Notes: generated by a model not told the origin, from the letters alone. A DNA stretch of 64,000 nucleotides from Marsupella aquatica (GCA_973895155.1 OZ316896.1:16182576-16246575); one strand, 5' to 3'. Shown: positions 37,942 through 51,560, counted from the first letter of the stretch. Translations and numbers: made by a program.

Positions 37942-38304
37942 TGAGTTAAGAATATCATCATATCCCGATTAGGATTAACTCTAGTTTTGGGTTGGTTTCT
38001 TGATACTTAGGGTTAAATTGTCATTAAGGTATTAATGGCAATTAGCCTCTACTCTTGCATCTAGCATATAGAGGGGCTAGGGAGAACTTCTCTTGGAGAC
38101 TCATGCTCTTTGTTGAGGGAGCTAGGTGCTAGTAGGAGAGCTTGTGCAAGGAGTCTTTGTGTGGTCATGGTGGCCAAAGTTTAGTAAAGCTCTTGTGTGT
38201 TCATGTGGACGTAACCTTGATAAAATGAACCACATATCTTTTGATGTCGGTGTGTGCACATTTGTTGATTGTTCTCGTGATTGTTTTGTCACGGTTTACC
38301 AACA
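37942..38304 (+). mobile_element. Probable solo LTR, Copia-like
   Basis: Contains gtaaagctcttgtgtgttc..gtggacgtaacct..tgaaccacatatct, shared with the Copia LTRs, and ends in CCAACA. TG start at 37942 with accc/accc flanks; the left boundary is uncertain. Confidence 0.5.
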
Positions 38305-39187
38305 ACCCCACCACCCACCCAGCAAAGAAATAAAATCCTCAAAAACCACCTGTTTAGTTCCAAAAAGTGGTATGACAGATTAGAATGCCTCGAATTCACA
38401 ATTCTCCCCAGCCAACTACTCCAACGAGCAAACTCAGAGCATCTCAAATACTCCAACACAACAGCCAACACAAGGAAAACAAACTACCTAGTTAAGAGAT
38501 GCCCACAATGGAATAGAATCAGAAATGGGTGACTCTCATGCCTACAATGCACTTGGCCACAACATGACATGACGCTACATCTCTCACAGATGCCAGGTGA
38601 GCGCACCAAAAATCAAGTTGGCCAGACACATGAATCGAAAGGAGACAACACAACAAATGGAAAGAGCAACAAATGGGAAGGGAACAGAGAGTAGCCAGGT
38701 CCTTGCAAGCAGTAGCCAGTGGGAGAAATTTGTTAGAATCCTCGTGATGTGTCGGGGAGAACCCCATTTTTATCTCTCTTGTCTGCAAAATAATATTAAC
38801 AACCAGGCGTATGGTGGTTTGGAAAATCAGTCTAACCTATGGGCACATGCCAAGTGACACACTACACTCAATGTTGGGACGTTCTGATGTGCTTTCTTCA
38901 AAACTCTAATAGGGGGTCTCAAAGCCTGGTGTTAACAAGATAAGGCCCTTCCGTAACTCAAGTGTTAAGGGAAGTCCTCTACAATTATGGTAGCCAAACT
39001 ACCAGAAGGAATGCCCATGGACTCAACACTAACCCGCAACTTTAAACAAAAAATCCAAAAATTTGGACTCTGGGAAGCCGCAACTAAAGGCACATGAACT
39101 TTGTGCTTGACGTGGTGATGATGGCGGTCGCTGGTCAACAATGAAGGGAAATTGATATATGCTATGAGACAAATGTGGAACTATTAA

Positions 39188-39410
39188 CTCTTGCCTTATG
39201 GGGCATGTCAATGGTACCTCCACCCATTTTAAAATTTCCTCTTGCCTAAAGGGGCTAGTCAATGCTACCTCCCCCCATATTTTTAATTTTCTTAAATGGG
39301 TGCCATAAAGTCAATGGTAACACCCCCCATTATTTCTTTTCCTCTTGCCTAACGGAGCTAGTCAATGCTACCTCCCCCCTCATTTTTAATTTTCTTAAAT
39401 GGGTGCCATA
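39188..39410. repeat. Degenerate ~50/100-bp tandem repeat
   Basis: ctcttgcct..gtcaatg(c/g)tacctccc..catttt recurs 3-4 times. Confidence 0.65.
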
Positions 39411-39880
39411 CCACAAATCCGTATTGTTCAACAAGGACCCAACTTTGAGATGCCCTAATGTGACCAAGTACAATGGTCACGGGCTGGGTACTAAAGGCTT
39501 TCCATGTTGTCCCGGAAGCGCATTTTAATTAGGGTTGTAGCCGACTTTAGGGTTTAGTGCGTCCTCGGAGGGAATGAACCACCAACAAACAAACAGGTGA
39601 CTAGAGTTGGGGACACCGTAGTCATATGCCCTCCATAGTTCTACGAAAGCAGCGAATTGCCCGACCTTCAGATGTACAGCTTCGATTTTTCCGGGGAAGA
39701 GGAAATGACGGGGTGGTGTGGCAATCCTTCAAAAAGTGTTTCATGACGTCAAGAAAACGGGTTTTTGAGAGTGAAGTTCAAAACCTAGCCGATTTGGTTT
39801 TGATTGTGGATTTTGGGAAAAACTCTCTCCGGTTCTCTGCTATCGGTGACGCACCCACAGCAATCGCCTGGTTGAAAGCA

Positions 39881-40449
39881 ATGTCGAAGAAGAACAAGAA
39901 GAGCACTCGCGCCAGGCTGCATAATTTTGAACTGAGTAGTGCGTATTACTTCCAGCTCCTACCATTCGACTCTTCTCTTTGTGACTGTCCCTGGCAATTT
40001 CTCTTCAGCCGTTAGGTCTTCCGAATCAATTCCAGCTGATTGCGGGAGATATGGAGATTTAGAACCCTAGGTTTATTTGAATTCCTTAGCAAGGAATTGA
40101 CCTTTCTTTACAGTTGTTGGGGCGCGTGTATGGCATTAAGACTTGTTTCCTGATGTTTTGCAGAAGAGAAAGAGGCGCAAGAACTGAGGGCCAAGAAGTT
40201 GCAGAAGAAACAAATAAAGCTCAAGGTAATTATCTGAAAAGCCCACACGGATCATCTATCCTTCGTCATATATTCTAAGAGACAACAGCCGTCTGTGTGA
40301 AAAATTGAAGTGGTTTGCGATTTGCATTTCTTTTCCAGGTTAATATGAAGAAGGGTGTGAAGGTTGGGAAAAAAGTGAAATTCGGCTCGAAAAAACTGTC
40401 GAAATCCGAAAAATCTGCCGTAGTCAAGTCGATGGAGATTGATGGGTGA
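39881..40449 (+). CDS. Small, very basic 76-aa protein (uncharacterised plant family, possibly nucleolar)
   Basis: Exons 39881-39938, 40164-40225 and 40339-40449 with GT-AG introns give MSKKNKKSTRARLHNFELSKEKEAQELRAKKLQKKQIKLKVNMKKGVKVGKKVKFGSKKLSKSEKSAVVKSMEIDG*. Telo-box TTAGGGTTT at 39547-39555 upstream. Confidence 0.8.
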
Positions 40450-41582
40450 ACGAATGTCACCTCTGTTGATTGAACCATTCGCATGCTCTTCGGAGGATTT
40501 CAACCTGGCTCCTTCTGTGCATTGGCTGCTGGACTTTCCTTGTCCTCGACAAATCTACTAGGCATTGCCTCCTCATCAGTTCTGTACAGATTTTTCCGAA
40601 TGGGTCTGCTGCACAGGATGTCTGCCACTTCCTTGAAAATTAGCTCTAGTGTAACACAAGAAGTTATGCGGCCTACTTTTGTGCATTCATATGTCCTGAC
40701 CGGGCAGAGGATTTCAGTAGCTCTAACACATAGGCATAAGTCGGAGAGTGACTGTCGGTTTTGTTGAAGCTGGTGGGCTTTCAGAGGAGGCATGAAGTAT
40801 TATTATGTGCCTTCACGAGGTGAAATTCATAATTTTCGTGGATACCGCTAGGTGTGTCTGCAAATGTAGCACAGTCCCACAGTGGGAACTTTCCCACATA
40901 CATTTTGCGAGCTTATGGACTGCTAACAAGTCTCTGTGATTCGATCAATTGGACCAGTTGTAAGTTTGGATCGGCGAGGACGTGTTGCAAAGCTGAATCT
41001 GGAACTTTGCAATACTTCTGGTTACAGCCTCGTCTGTTACTTTTTACTATTTATGATTACACGAACCCAATTGCGTGTGCATTGTACAGCGTGTGCATTG
41101 TACAGTCGTAGTCTTCGGAAGGCTACTGCTATGGAAAGCGTCGGCAATTAGTGTGGCATGGAATCCGGTGGAAGTCGCCGAATTAACTCTGAAAGCTGGT
41201 AAATGGAGTCTTAAATCATTTCTTTGTCTGCTCGTTTTGAATGGTCAAGTATCTCGAACAGCCTTTTGAAACTAATTACAGGCAAAGCTAGTTCTACTAG
41301 TTTGTGGATTGGGCCTCTGGAGACAAATCTTTTTCAGGGTTCTTTCCGGATCACGACCAAGTAGTGCAGATGCCCCATCTTTGGCACATTTAGATGCGGC
41401 CGCTCCACCGTAGTAGACGTGTTTCGTTTCTGGAATGAAACCGATTGCTAACGTTTCGTTGCTTTGATCGATCACCCAATGGGTTGAGTGGGGCTCGGCA
41501 ATTAGTAGTTGTAGCAGGTAAGGAATTATACATTCCATCCGAAGACCCAGGAGTGAATATCGACATGGGCAAGTTGACTCTC

Positions 41583-41970
41583 TTGACCTTATTGAAATTT
41601 GCTTGTACTAGAGATGGTTTAATGCGAACAAAACTATCATCACCATTGCAATTGTTACCGAGCTCGTTTGGAAGTGACTATTGATTGAAATGAGAGGGAT
41701 CCAGCTGACGCAGTTGACTATTGATTGTAATAGGATTTTGAACGGGCCATTAGGGCAGAATTCAAAGTAATAGGTTGACCTTATTGAAATTTGCTTGTAC
41801 TAGAGATGGTTTAATGCGAACAAAACTATCATCACCATTGCAATTGTTACCGAGCTCGTTTGGAAGTGACTATTGATTGAAATGAGAGGGATCCAGCTGA
41901 CGCAGTTGACTATTGATTGTAATAGGATTTTGAACGGGCCATTAGGGCAGAATTCAAAGTAATAGGTTGA
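41583..41970. repeat. Apparently perfect 192-bp tandem duplication
   Basis: ttgaccttattgaaatttgc...caaagtaatagg starts at 41583 and again at 41775; no difference seen. Confidence 0.92.
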
Positions 41971-44900
41971 GAAGGTGAGTCAGCCAGCACTGGATAGATG
42001 AGCTCACGGAATCATTAAATATCATTCTCAAAAGGGATCGCAAACTATAGAACGAGAGTTAGAAAGGAAATGGAGCACTTTGCGTCAAATTCCTGAGATT
42101 GCAAAGTGCAAAACCAAATGGAGCAGAGACGATTGCAAATGAACGATTGTCGAACCGCATCCCCTCTGCCAGAACGACCTCCTGGAACCTGATGATCACC
42201 TTGTTGTTAGAGTCACGAGCTGCAGCTTCTATCTCATTACGTTCGATTCATGTTTAAGTTCAGAAATGAATCCAGAAATGAATCGTACATTGGAAGACCG
42301 TAAGCCTCACATGTCGAAAAGTTATGCGCTGCATAGCCTTAGATAAAAAGGATCCGTTGTCAGAACCCTAGTTGGACACTGTGGAATGTTATGAGAAGTG
42401 GGCCCTCCTATGAAGTTGAAATGTGATGTAGAAAAGAGACGAATCGGTAAAGAGTAAAAAGAATCGAAATGTGGTGTAGCAAGGAATCGTATCGGTAGAG
42501 AATGAAGAAGGATTGGTCACTTATGAAACCATGGTGTACAGGTGCAAGGATTTAGGGTTTGAGTAATTTGAAGCGGGCCCTGGTAATTTGAAACGCACAA
42601 AATGGAGTGGCTGGTGCAGCAGCACCTGAGCGATTGTATAGAAAACAGCGACTAGCCCTTAGCGAAAGGCTGAACAGATTATTGAGCCAGAAATCGTGCC
42701 CCGACCAACGACCCACAGCCAGGTTCAGAAATTTAACCTATCAAAGGTGCAAGCAGGAGAAGAACCTCTTATAGTAGTTGCGCCTTTTTTGGGGAGGGAA
42801 ATGTGTCCCCAGCTTGACGATGTGCTAACGAGGCTGAATTGAGATTTCAAAAGACACTGAATGCTGCTACATATGCTCTTCTTCCTACTACTGTACACGC
42901 AACCCAGTCTAGACTAATCTCTGACAAACATCAAATGAAATTCAATTGGACCTAATTGATTACGAATCCCAGCTGAGAAAACGACATCAGTTGAAATGAA
43001 AGTGAGACGCGACTGAGAGAAAGATTTGTTGGATGGCATCAATTTGGCGGCTACGTTTGGAAGGCTTTCAGCGCAAATTCGGATAGTTTGCTTTTCCTGA
43101 ATCAAACTTGACAACTTCTAGTGAATCTCTACATGTTCTCCAAAGCAAGCTAATGCACAGTCAAGCAGTTTCGTGTCCACAGAATCCAACAATCCGAAGT
43201 AATCTATCGTCTGCTCTTCGCCCTCCCTGGTGAATGGGTTATCCGTAAATTGAGAAGCATCGGGATTCCATGCAGCAAATCAAACCAGATTCTTACTCCT
43301 TACGCATACACTTACAGCTGCTTCCTTTCCTTGCCTCCCAGTTGTTGGATTCCACCTCCTCAAACCTCTTGATGTCCATGCCAGAGATGACTGCCCAACC
43401 ATTGAGGATTTTCTAGCAAAACTTCTTTCACAGCTTTCACCTAATCTACACTCCCTTCACAGTTTCCTATCGGCAGCAACGGATCCGAGAAAATCAGGGA
43501 CCATCGTAGCTGAAACCGGAGCCATCACCAACAAGAAGAAGAACAGCAGCCGATTTTGACAGTGCTCACACCTGGTTTGCAGCAGACTGCAAGGGTTGTC
43601 GTTCGTCACACCCTACGGCTGCGTGTTGATCTGTGGGTAGAGCATCGCAATGGTGTCGAATAAGTATATCCTTATGGCAAAGGTGTCTGATAAGTATATC
43701 CCCTTAGGGTGGCTTTACAGAAAGTTGGGTTGCTTTTGAACTTTTTTGTGGTCTCCAATATATGATCATCAACCTTTTTTTCTGGCTCCAATATGTGATC
43801 AGGGCCATCCATTTGGGAGAAAGGGTTGCAGTTCACTTTACAAAATGTTTGGGGCACTTTCAACCTAGCCTGTTGTGGATCCTACATGGAATGGAGTGGG
43901 GGCCCCAATTTAGATTTTGTGGAACACATTTTTGTCCCAGATTTTAGACCACCTATCTTGGAGTCTCCTCAACTGGCGGCTTGGTCTATTCCTATTTTGA
44001 GTCTTTTACATTAAAAGTGTACCCTTATGCCTTTTGTCAGATCCCCTCTTGTGGGAACAAGAAAAGCCTTAGCCAAAGAACTATATGACTTTTAGGTGAA
44101 GTGGGTACCCAACTTGTCTCCTAGCAGACTGTTTTAACATGGTTTGCTCCACTTTGCTTTACAAGACATTTGGCGCAATAAAATGATTATAAACTCTCCT
44201 TTCGCCAGGTACACTGTCTTTAGGATGTTAAATGGCTGACAAAATAGCTTCGGTAAAAGGCACCCAAATTTCCCCCAAGGTCTTGTAAAGCCACCGTTAG
44301 TATTACATAGCACGGTGCCAAAAAAACAAATGGGGCCAAGCTGCCAAATTTTAAAAGGTACCATATCCCTTAATATAATATAGCAAAGTGTCAAAAACAA
44401 AAACAAAAGGCCCCCATCCTGGGGTAGACCCTAAACACAAGCACAACACTCAATAAAGGGGAGGCAACAAGGAAAAACCTAGAAAGAGCCAAAAGCCTGG
44501 GAGTCCCGAGAAAAGTCTCCCACAACAAGAAACTAAAAACCTACAACCCTACCTATCATTAGATTGAAAGCCTGGTAGAGCTCCAGGGTCAACTCCATAG
44601 CATAATCCTGGAGAGTGTTTGACTAGAGGCAGTGAAATCTAGGTCCACGATGCCACAAGCAAAGATACAAGTCTGGTTTCTTAGATCAAAGAATGAGATC
44701 ATATGCTGATAATTATTGATGACATTCTGTACTTTAAACCAACACTACTCTAATTAGTTACTTGATCTTTTTGGGTTTTCATGATATTGGTTCTGCTATA
44801 GGAGTCTGCTAGCATTCTAAGATGCATCAAAAGAGTTTTCAGCCGTGATATTGTTGTCTCAAGCGTGTTTGGCTGAGAGTTTTTATGTTGCTACCTACCT

Positions 44901-46337
44901 TGGGGACCTCCCTACTAAATAAATTTGAAGAAAAATGGATATCCCAAAACTTCTTGATGAACGTCATCAAACAATCGAATGAAAAGGACTGAAAGGAAAC
45001 AGCAAAAAAAGTGAAAAGCCTGGTCAGACACAAAAGTTGACCAGGTGCTTGCCTTGGATGGACTTATAGACCCCAATAGACACAAACCAAACCTATTAAA
45101 TGTGACAAACAGGGTGGGGCAGGGGAAGTGTCCTGCCTGGCTTGCTTTGCAAGGTCAGGTGTAGGGGTAGTGTTGGTGTATGGAAAGCAACCCTAATAAG
45201 AAGCTATGGGTGACGGTTTGACTGGTCAATGAACTTTCATTGTTCCACTTGGTGAACTAACCTTTGTCTATGAAAGTTCATCCTTTCAATAAGGACTGAT
45301 GGGTAACACTTAGCAGTTTGTATTTTGGCAAATTTTTACCTAATTCCCAAGATTTGGGTTTGGCTAATTATACAATACAAAAAAACATTGAGTTTTTTTT
45401 GGTCCAAATTCTGAGCCTTCATTTTTGCTTTGAGACCCTGATAATTAGCAGATCCAATGATAATCCTTAAGTATTGGATAATATAGTGGTGCAATTAAAT
45501 TTATCACACATGTCTCTCCTTGGCAGACCTTATGCTCTCAATAGTGTGAAAGCGGGTGTGTGTAGCACTACAAGGACTCAACATTCATTATTCTTTGTAG
45601 GGCCAAGGCTGTTGGTTTTAGGGTCTCTAGACAAATTACTCTTTGTGACTCTCCTATGCGGTTTACTCTAGAGCTTTGCCAAGCTTTTCAGTTGCTCCTA
45701 GGGTTTTAGTTCTTGTACCATTGTAGGGAACTCTCTGGCTTTTTGGTGTCTTTGGCCTTTCCCCTTGTTTTCTTCCTTTTGGGTGTCTTTTGCTTTTGAG
45801 TTCATGTTCTTCCTTTTGGGCACATTTTGTTTTGTGGCAACCTAAACACAACAGTATGCAATCCGACGCTTTCCTTCTCAAGGTCTGTATACAAAATGAC
45901 CTTCTCCTTGGCCATTTGATTATAGTGACAACTTTTCCTAGCCATGAGATAGTCCTTATTGTGCCAATATGCACCTTTTTAGTGCCCAACCTCTCACTCT
46001 CACTACAAATTGTACACTCCTTGAAATCCAGGTGCTAGGCAGGTAACCTGCAAGGTCTAACTACCTGACCATCTCAGTTTTGCTCAACATCACTTACTAT
46101 GAACAACTGTGCAATGCACATACATTGGACTAATTATGCATACTCTGCAAAACTCGGTGATAAGTTGACACTTGATCAGGATCTCTTTACACCGAGACCA
46201 CAAAATGGAAACAATGTATTAGAGACCACTCAGCAAACCAAGCGAGTATCTTGGTTTGTGTTATGGTAGGTGTAGATCCAACCTCGGGCCTCCCCAAATG
46301 GCCCTAAACTTGGACCCACACTAAAAACCCTAGCCAC

Positions 46338-47268
46338 GTGGATGGGTGTCAGTTTGCTGTGCCGACTACTTTTACACTGTGCTAAACACTGAATGGTTGA
46401 CAATTTGCCATGCCAGCTAGCTTTTTATCCTGTGCTAAACACTGGATGGGTGACAGTTTGCTGAGCCAGCTAGCTTTTACAAGGTGTGCTAAACACTGGA
46501 TGGGTGACAATTTGCTGTGCCGGCTAGCTATTACATTGTGCTAAACATTGGATGGGTGACGGTTTGCCTTGCGGGTTAGCTTTCACACTGTGCTAAACAC
46601 TGGATGGGTGACAGTTTGCCCGCGCAGGTTAGCTTTCACACTGTGCTAAACACTGGATGGGTGACAGTTTGCTCGCGCAGGTTAGCTTTCACACTGTGCT
46701 AAACACTGGATGACAGATTGTCTTGTCTGTTAGCTTTCACACTGAGTGTGCTAAACACTGGATGGGTGACAGTTTGCCCGTGCAGGTTAGCTTTCACACT
46801 GTGCTAAAGAGTGGATGGGTGACAGTTTGCCGTGTCGGTTAGCTTTGACACTGTGTTAAACACTGGATAGGTGACAGTTTGCCCGTGCAGGTTAGCTTTG
46901 ACACTGTGCTCAACACAGAATGGGTGACAGTTTGCCGTGCCGACTAGCTTTTATACTCTGCTAAACACTGGATGAGTGACAGTTTGCCCGTGCAAGTTAG
47001 CTTTTACACTCTGCTAAACACTAGATGGGTGATAGTTTGTCGTCCTGACTAGCATTTACACTGCTAAATGCTGGATGGGTGACAATTTGCCATGCCAGCT
47101 AGTTTTTTACAATGTGCTAAACATTCCATGTGTGACAGTTTGCCTGTGCCTGTTAGCTTTTACACTCTCCTAAAGACTGGATGGGTGACAGTTTGCCGTG
47201 CCAGTTAGCTTTTACACTCTCCTAAAGACTGGATGGGTGACAGTTTGCCGTGCCAGTTAGCTTTTACA
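46338..47268. repeat. 52-bp tandem minisatellite, about 18 copies, upstream of the DUF212 gene
   Basis: Consensus cactgtgctaaacactggatgggtgacagtttgccgtgccagttagctttta. Confidence 0.95.
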
Positions 47269-47889
47269 GGGTGCTACTTTACTGAAAGGTAACCCGGACG
47301 GCAATCATTCAGTCTCCCTCCACTCCAGTCATTCATCCCGATTGGTGTCATTCATCCCGATTGGTTCTCTCTCTCTGTGTCTCTCCTCGTCGTTCACCTC
47401 GATGCATCGCTGAACGAAATCAAGGGATCCACTTCGCTTTGTGTGAAGCAAGGTCGACCTCTTCCCGTCGTCCGTCCTGTCGCTCTGCCGGGAGTCAGAG
47501 TCCATGTTTGGAAGGCAAACAGCAACAAACTAAAAACGCTGGACCTCGAGTAGGGCGAAGATCTCCGCTGTGGAATTTGGGTTTTGTGGAATTTGAGTGA
47601 TTGCACCGGCAGTTTGGGTGTGGGACGGAGCGGAATTCGATCTGGAGGTTTTGGAGAGAGGCGTCGCGGGTAGGACGCCTTCTCATCGAAGGTGCAGTTA
47701 GGTTGCCGTGGGCAGGATCGTTGCGGGAGATTGGCGGAATGGAAGCCGTGGAATGTGAACGAGGGATGTCTCCGGAGTGCGTCCATTTTCTTTAGTTCGC
47801 TACTGTACTGTTGTTTCTCAAGGGCCTATTCCCGCCGGAATTCCATTAGATCGAGTTAAAGGGCGAAAGAGGGGCGTCGGGGAGCAGCA

Positions 47890-48426
47890 ATGAGGATGCT
47901 GGCTGAGGTAATGGCTGCCGGCGTGCATGCATCAGACAGTAAAGCCCTGAACACCGCGCAAGATGGGACTGTATCGTTCTTCTCGAATACTCCCATTGTG
48001 GCTGCGTTCTTCTCGTTCGCCTTGGCCCAGAGTCTGAAGGTCTTCATGACCTGGTACAAGGAGAAGCGTTTGGATTGGGGTCGTCTTCTTGGCCCAGGGG
48101 GGATGCCTTCTTCCCACTCCGCAACAGTGATGGCTTTGGTGGTTTCAATTGGCTTGAGGGATGGTCCTGGGAGTTCTATGTTTGCTATAGCTCTTGTGCT
48201 TGCCGGAGTTGTCATGTATGATGCATCTGGTGTCCGACTACAAGCTGGTCGTCAGGCGGAGGTGTTGAATCAGATTCTTTGCGAGCTGCCTCCAGAGCAC
48301 CCACTGTTTGACTCCAGGCCTCTTCGAGACATGCTTGGCCATACGCCTATTCAGGTGGCTGCCGGGGCCGTGCTGGGCTGTGTGCTGGCCTTCATGCTTC
48401 ACCTCCTTGAGTATGTCGCCCGTTGA
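47890..48426 (+). CDS. DUF212 / acid phosphatase-vanadium-dependent haloperoxidase-related membrane protein (YuiD-like), intronless
   Basis: AQSLK, GGMPSSHSATV, VMYDASGVRLQAGRQAEVLN and LGHTPIQVAAGAVLG. Confidence 0.92.
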   Translation: MRMLAEVMAAGVHASDSKALNTAQDGTVSFFSNTPIVAAFFSFALAQSLKVFMTWYKEKRLDWGRLLGPGGMPSSHSATVMALVVSIGLRDGPGSSMFAIALVLAGVVMYDASGVRLQAGRQAEVLNQILCELPPEHPLFDSRPLRDMLGHTPIQVAAGAVLGCVLAFMLHLLEYVAR

Positions 48427-50398
48427 TTGTTGCTCAAGTGGAGTATGGCACGAGTTCTTCAGGCATGAAGCATTAATTCAGGTGGGTTCCAGAGTTTGGA
48501 TGGACTTCAATCGTGATTATGAGGGCCTCTTTTGTCTCCGCCACTTACGTGGGTTTTCAACCTAGATTGAAGCCGCCCTAGATCTAATTCTGTTGCCGCT
48601 TAAGTTTCCATAAGCTATCAAACTAGACTACTTGAAGCGGTCCTGTTTAAAGGACTTGATCACCTTTCAATTGATACTTCAGGTTTCGTAGATTTGGAGG
48701 CTTTTGCTGGTCATGCAACTACAGCGCTGGTGTAGTGCTTTTTACTCCCAATCTTGGGTGTTGCATCCCATTCCGTAGCTACTGTTGTACATTCGATTCC
48801 CTGTGTTCAATTGGAGAGCACAATAGTGAAATTGTAAATCATGAAGTTTAACTTACGCTGGGTACTTTCGTACCGTGCTTTCACATGTGTTTAGTTGTCG
48901 TAAGATTGTAATCCTATCATCTAAGTCTTCTTAACAAAGCATACTTGTGTTAAGTTGGAAGCCAATTGTAATCTTAATCTTGTAAGTCTTCTGAACACAA
49001 ACATACTTGAGTTAAGTTGGAAGGTAATTCTAAGACTTCTCAACAAAATCATGTGTGTTGGAAGGCATAATTGTAAGATTTTTAATTTCTTTCTTCGAAG
49101 TCCTCTGAACAAAAGTTTACTATCGCTGGTTTGAGATCTTGTATACAACCTGTTCATTTGAGAGCATTGTTGCCACTGTAAATCACGAATAAGGAGCTTG
49201 CACAGGAAAAGTTTGGATGGTGATAGAATTACGTGGAACGCATCAATTAAATCTCTTTCATGCAGCGACAATTTTTACTTGATTCTTTCAATTTAACGTA
49301 GTCTTCGGAAACAACCGTCAAGGATTTAGGTCTTTTTTCAAGACATCTCGAGCTTATTACAGAGACCGTCAGATAGTTGGACCTTCAGGAAGTCAGACCT
49401 GAAATGTGCCTTCCGGCAATAACTTATGCTAGCTACTTTCGCGCACTCTTTTAAATGTGCTCAGATGGAAGGCACAATATTAAGCTTCTAAACCAAAGCA
49501 TATGTTCGTGGTGTGATGCCTTGTATTCATTTCTGTTCACGAGTACGAAGTCTGTCAAAGGAAATCATTTGATGCGAACATAATGCCGTGGGAGGCATCA
49601 ACCAAACGTTTCTTCTGCAGAGACAATTTTTACATGACTTTTCCACTTAAATGGTACTCATCTGAACTAAACCTAACAAATTTTGGGATAAAGGACGACT
49701 CTACCAGAGACATCTAGAGCTTATTACAGATACCCCAGATAGTCGACAGTCAGCAAGTCAGAGATTTGACATGCGCCCTTCAAACTCTCATGGAAGTCAA
49801 TTGTTTCATTTTGGCTTCCTCCCTACAACTTTTCGAAACCCATTGAACAACTGTCTGTTACATTAAAAACTTGTCGACAATCAGAGTGCCTCAACATCAG
49901 CCCACTACATTCAGCTATCGAGTTTCGTCGTTCCCTTCCAATAATGTAGCACTTCTGAACCTTCCCCTAGCTTCCCAGACTACAAGAAGTCTTCAATTAT
50001 CCAAGATTGGATCCCCAATGATTCCAACTTCCACATGCAATAGCCGCAAGGATCCCCATGATTCCAACTTCTCAGTCCATAATACCTGCTCTTTTCTCTT
50101 TCTGCATCTCTCATAAGACTTGGTACTGTCCCAAAAGTGGACAACGTAGGCCGTCAACAGACTCAATTTTTCCGGATCCAGATTAAATCCGTATTGCTCA
50201 TATCAGAGGGCCCCGAAGAAAGAAAGTATGCCACAACTGTGGATTGGGTCAAAGAATGTGAAGTCTGCCAGAACCAGATTAACTTCATCTGCCAACGAAA
50301 TCGCCAATTACCACCAACTTAGATATATGTTTCCTATAAGGAGTACATCAAACGCCCAGCGAGGCGATAGTGCTGCTTAAATCGGAAAAATTCCATAC

Positions 50399-51385
50399 TT
50401 AATCTCTCCACCGATACCCACAATTAGGGTTACAACACACGAAGAACAGAGTCATTCCCTCTTCTCCTCTAGTTGTTGCCTGCAGTCATTGATGTCCAAC
50501 AGCATCGAGTCAGGGGATCTTCACTAGAGCTCTTGGTTCTTTGGGCCAAAGTTGAATGTAAAAGACTTATAGAGTTTGACAGATCACGGCAATTGCAGCA
50601 AACGCTCACGAATTTGCAAGACAAAAATTAGGGTTTACGGTCAAGGGTTGCCAGTAAAATCAGCCAGCAATCTGAGCTAACAGGCTGGAAAAAGTAACAT
50701 ATTAGACAAATTGCTATAGAACGTTCAGGGCGCTGGTCTCCTGCCATCCATTATTAAATTGTAGAGACTCGAATAGTAGGAAAACTGTACCTGGAAGAAC
50801 ACAGCTTCTCCATGCTGGCAATTGGCACACCGCACAGACTTGGTGCGAGGGAGAGTAGGATCTGACGCCACATCTTGAAGCACCTGGGTGCGCTCATCAG
50901 CACTGTGATGGACCTCGTTGCGGTAGACACAGTTATTGTCAGCGACTTCCTGCCAAACCCCAAGCAAGCAGCATATCAACAGCACCCTGTGGTTAATCGA
51001 AGAAATCCCTTCATCCAGAACTTAAAACATACTTCAGCTTGTACAATTCCGCCAACTGAGACTTCCCCTTCCTTAGTTATGTCATCCAATTTGCCTCATT
51101 CATTCTGAAATGATGGACCTTTAGTGAAAAAAGCTCTAAGTCGTACCTGATGGTCACAATTCCTGCACGCATAGAGAAGAATCTTCTGATCCCGGTCCTC
51201 TCGCGGGTACAAAATGTTGTTGCTGAACGAAAGGCAACAACCAACGCACGGCCTCAGCACAATTCAGCTGAACGAGGATAGGGTTAGACTGAACTTCGGC
51301 ACATTTCCGTAGATGAGATCTCAAGAAACAGTGACTGGAGAGGTCAGAAAGCGCACCACTCGCGGCAAAATTTCATGGTACTCAT
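50399..51385 (-). CDS. NRPB9: DNA-directed RNA polymerase II/IV/V subunit 9, 114 aa
   Basis: Exons 51385-51357, 51222-51147, 50949-50791 and 50479-50399. Sequence [19 protein letters not shown]...ACRNCDHQ...[21 protein letters not shown]...[18 protein letters not shown], with two zinc ribbons. Confidence 0.96.
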
Positions 51386-51560
51386 GATTGCAAACTGTTG
51401 TCCGAAGAGCCCGCGGGCAAGCTTGAACGAGCCCGAGACAATGGATCCCGACACAATCCCTCTCGCTCTCGCTTCCTCTGGGTGCGAGTCTAGTGTGTCC
51501 CAACTGATTGGATTGACGGCCTAAAGCAGACACCTCAGAAACCCGCCACCAGTGACTCGC

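Noticed and set aside
42900-43660. Possible spliced minus-strand transcript (MDIKRFEEVESNNWEARKGSS followed by GTAAG)
   Set aside because: The downstream candidate exon reaches a stop within a few codons; no convincing CDS.
46338-47268. CRISPR-like appearance of the 52-bp array
   Set aside because: The variable part is only ~9 nt and related between units, the repeats are degenerate, there are no cas genes, and the context is eukaryotic.
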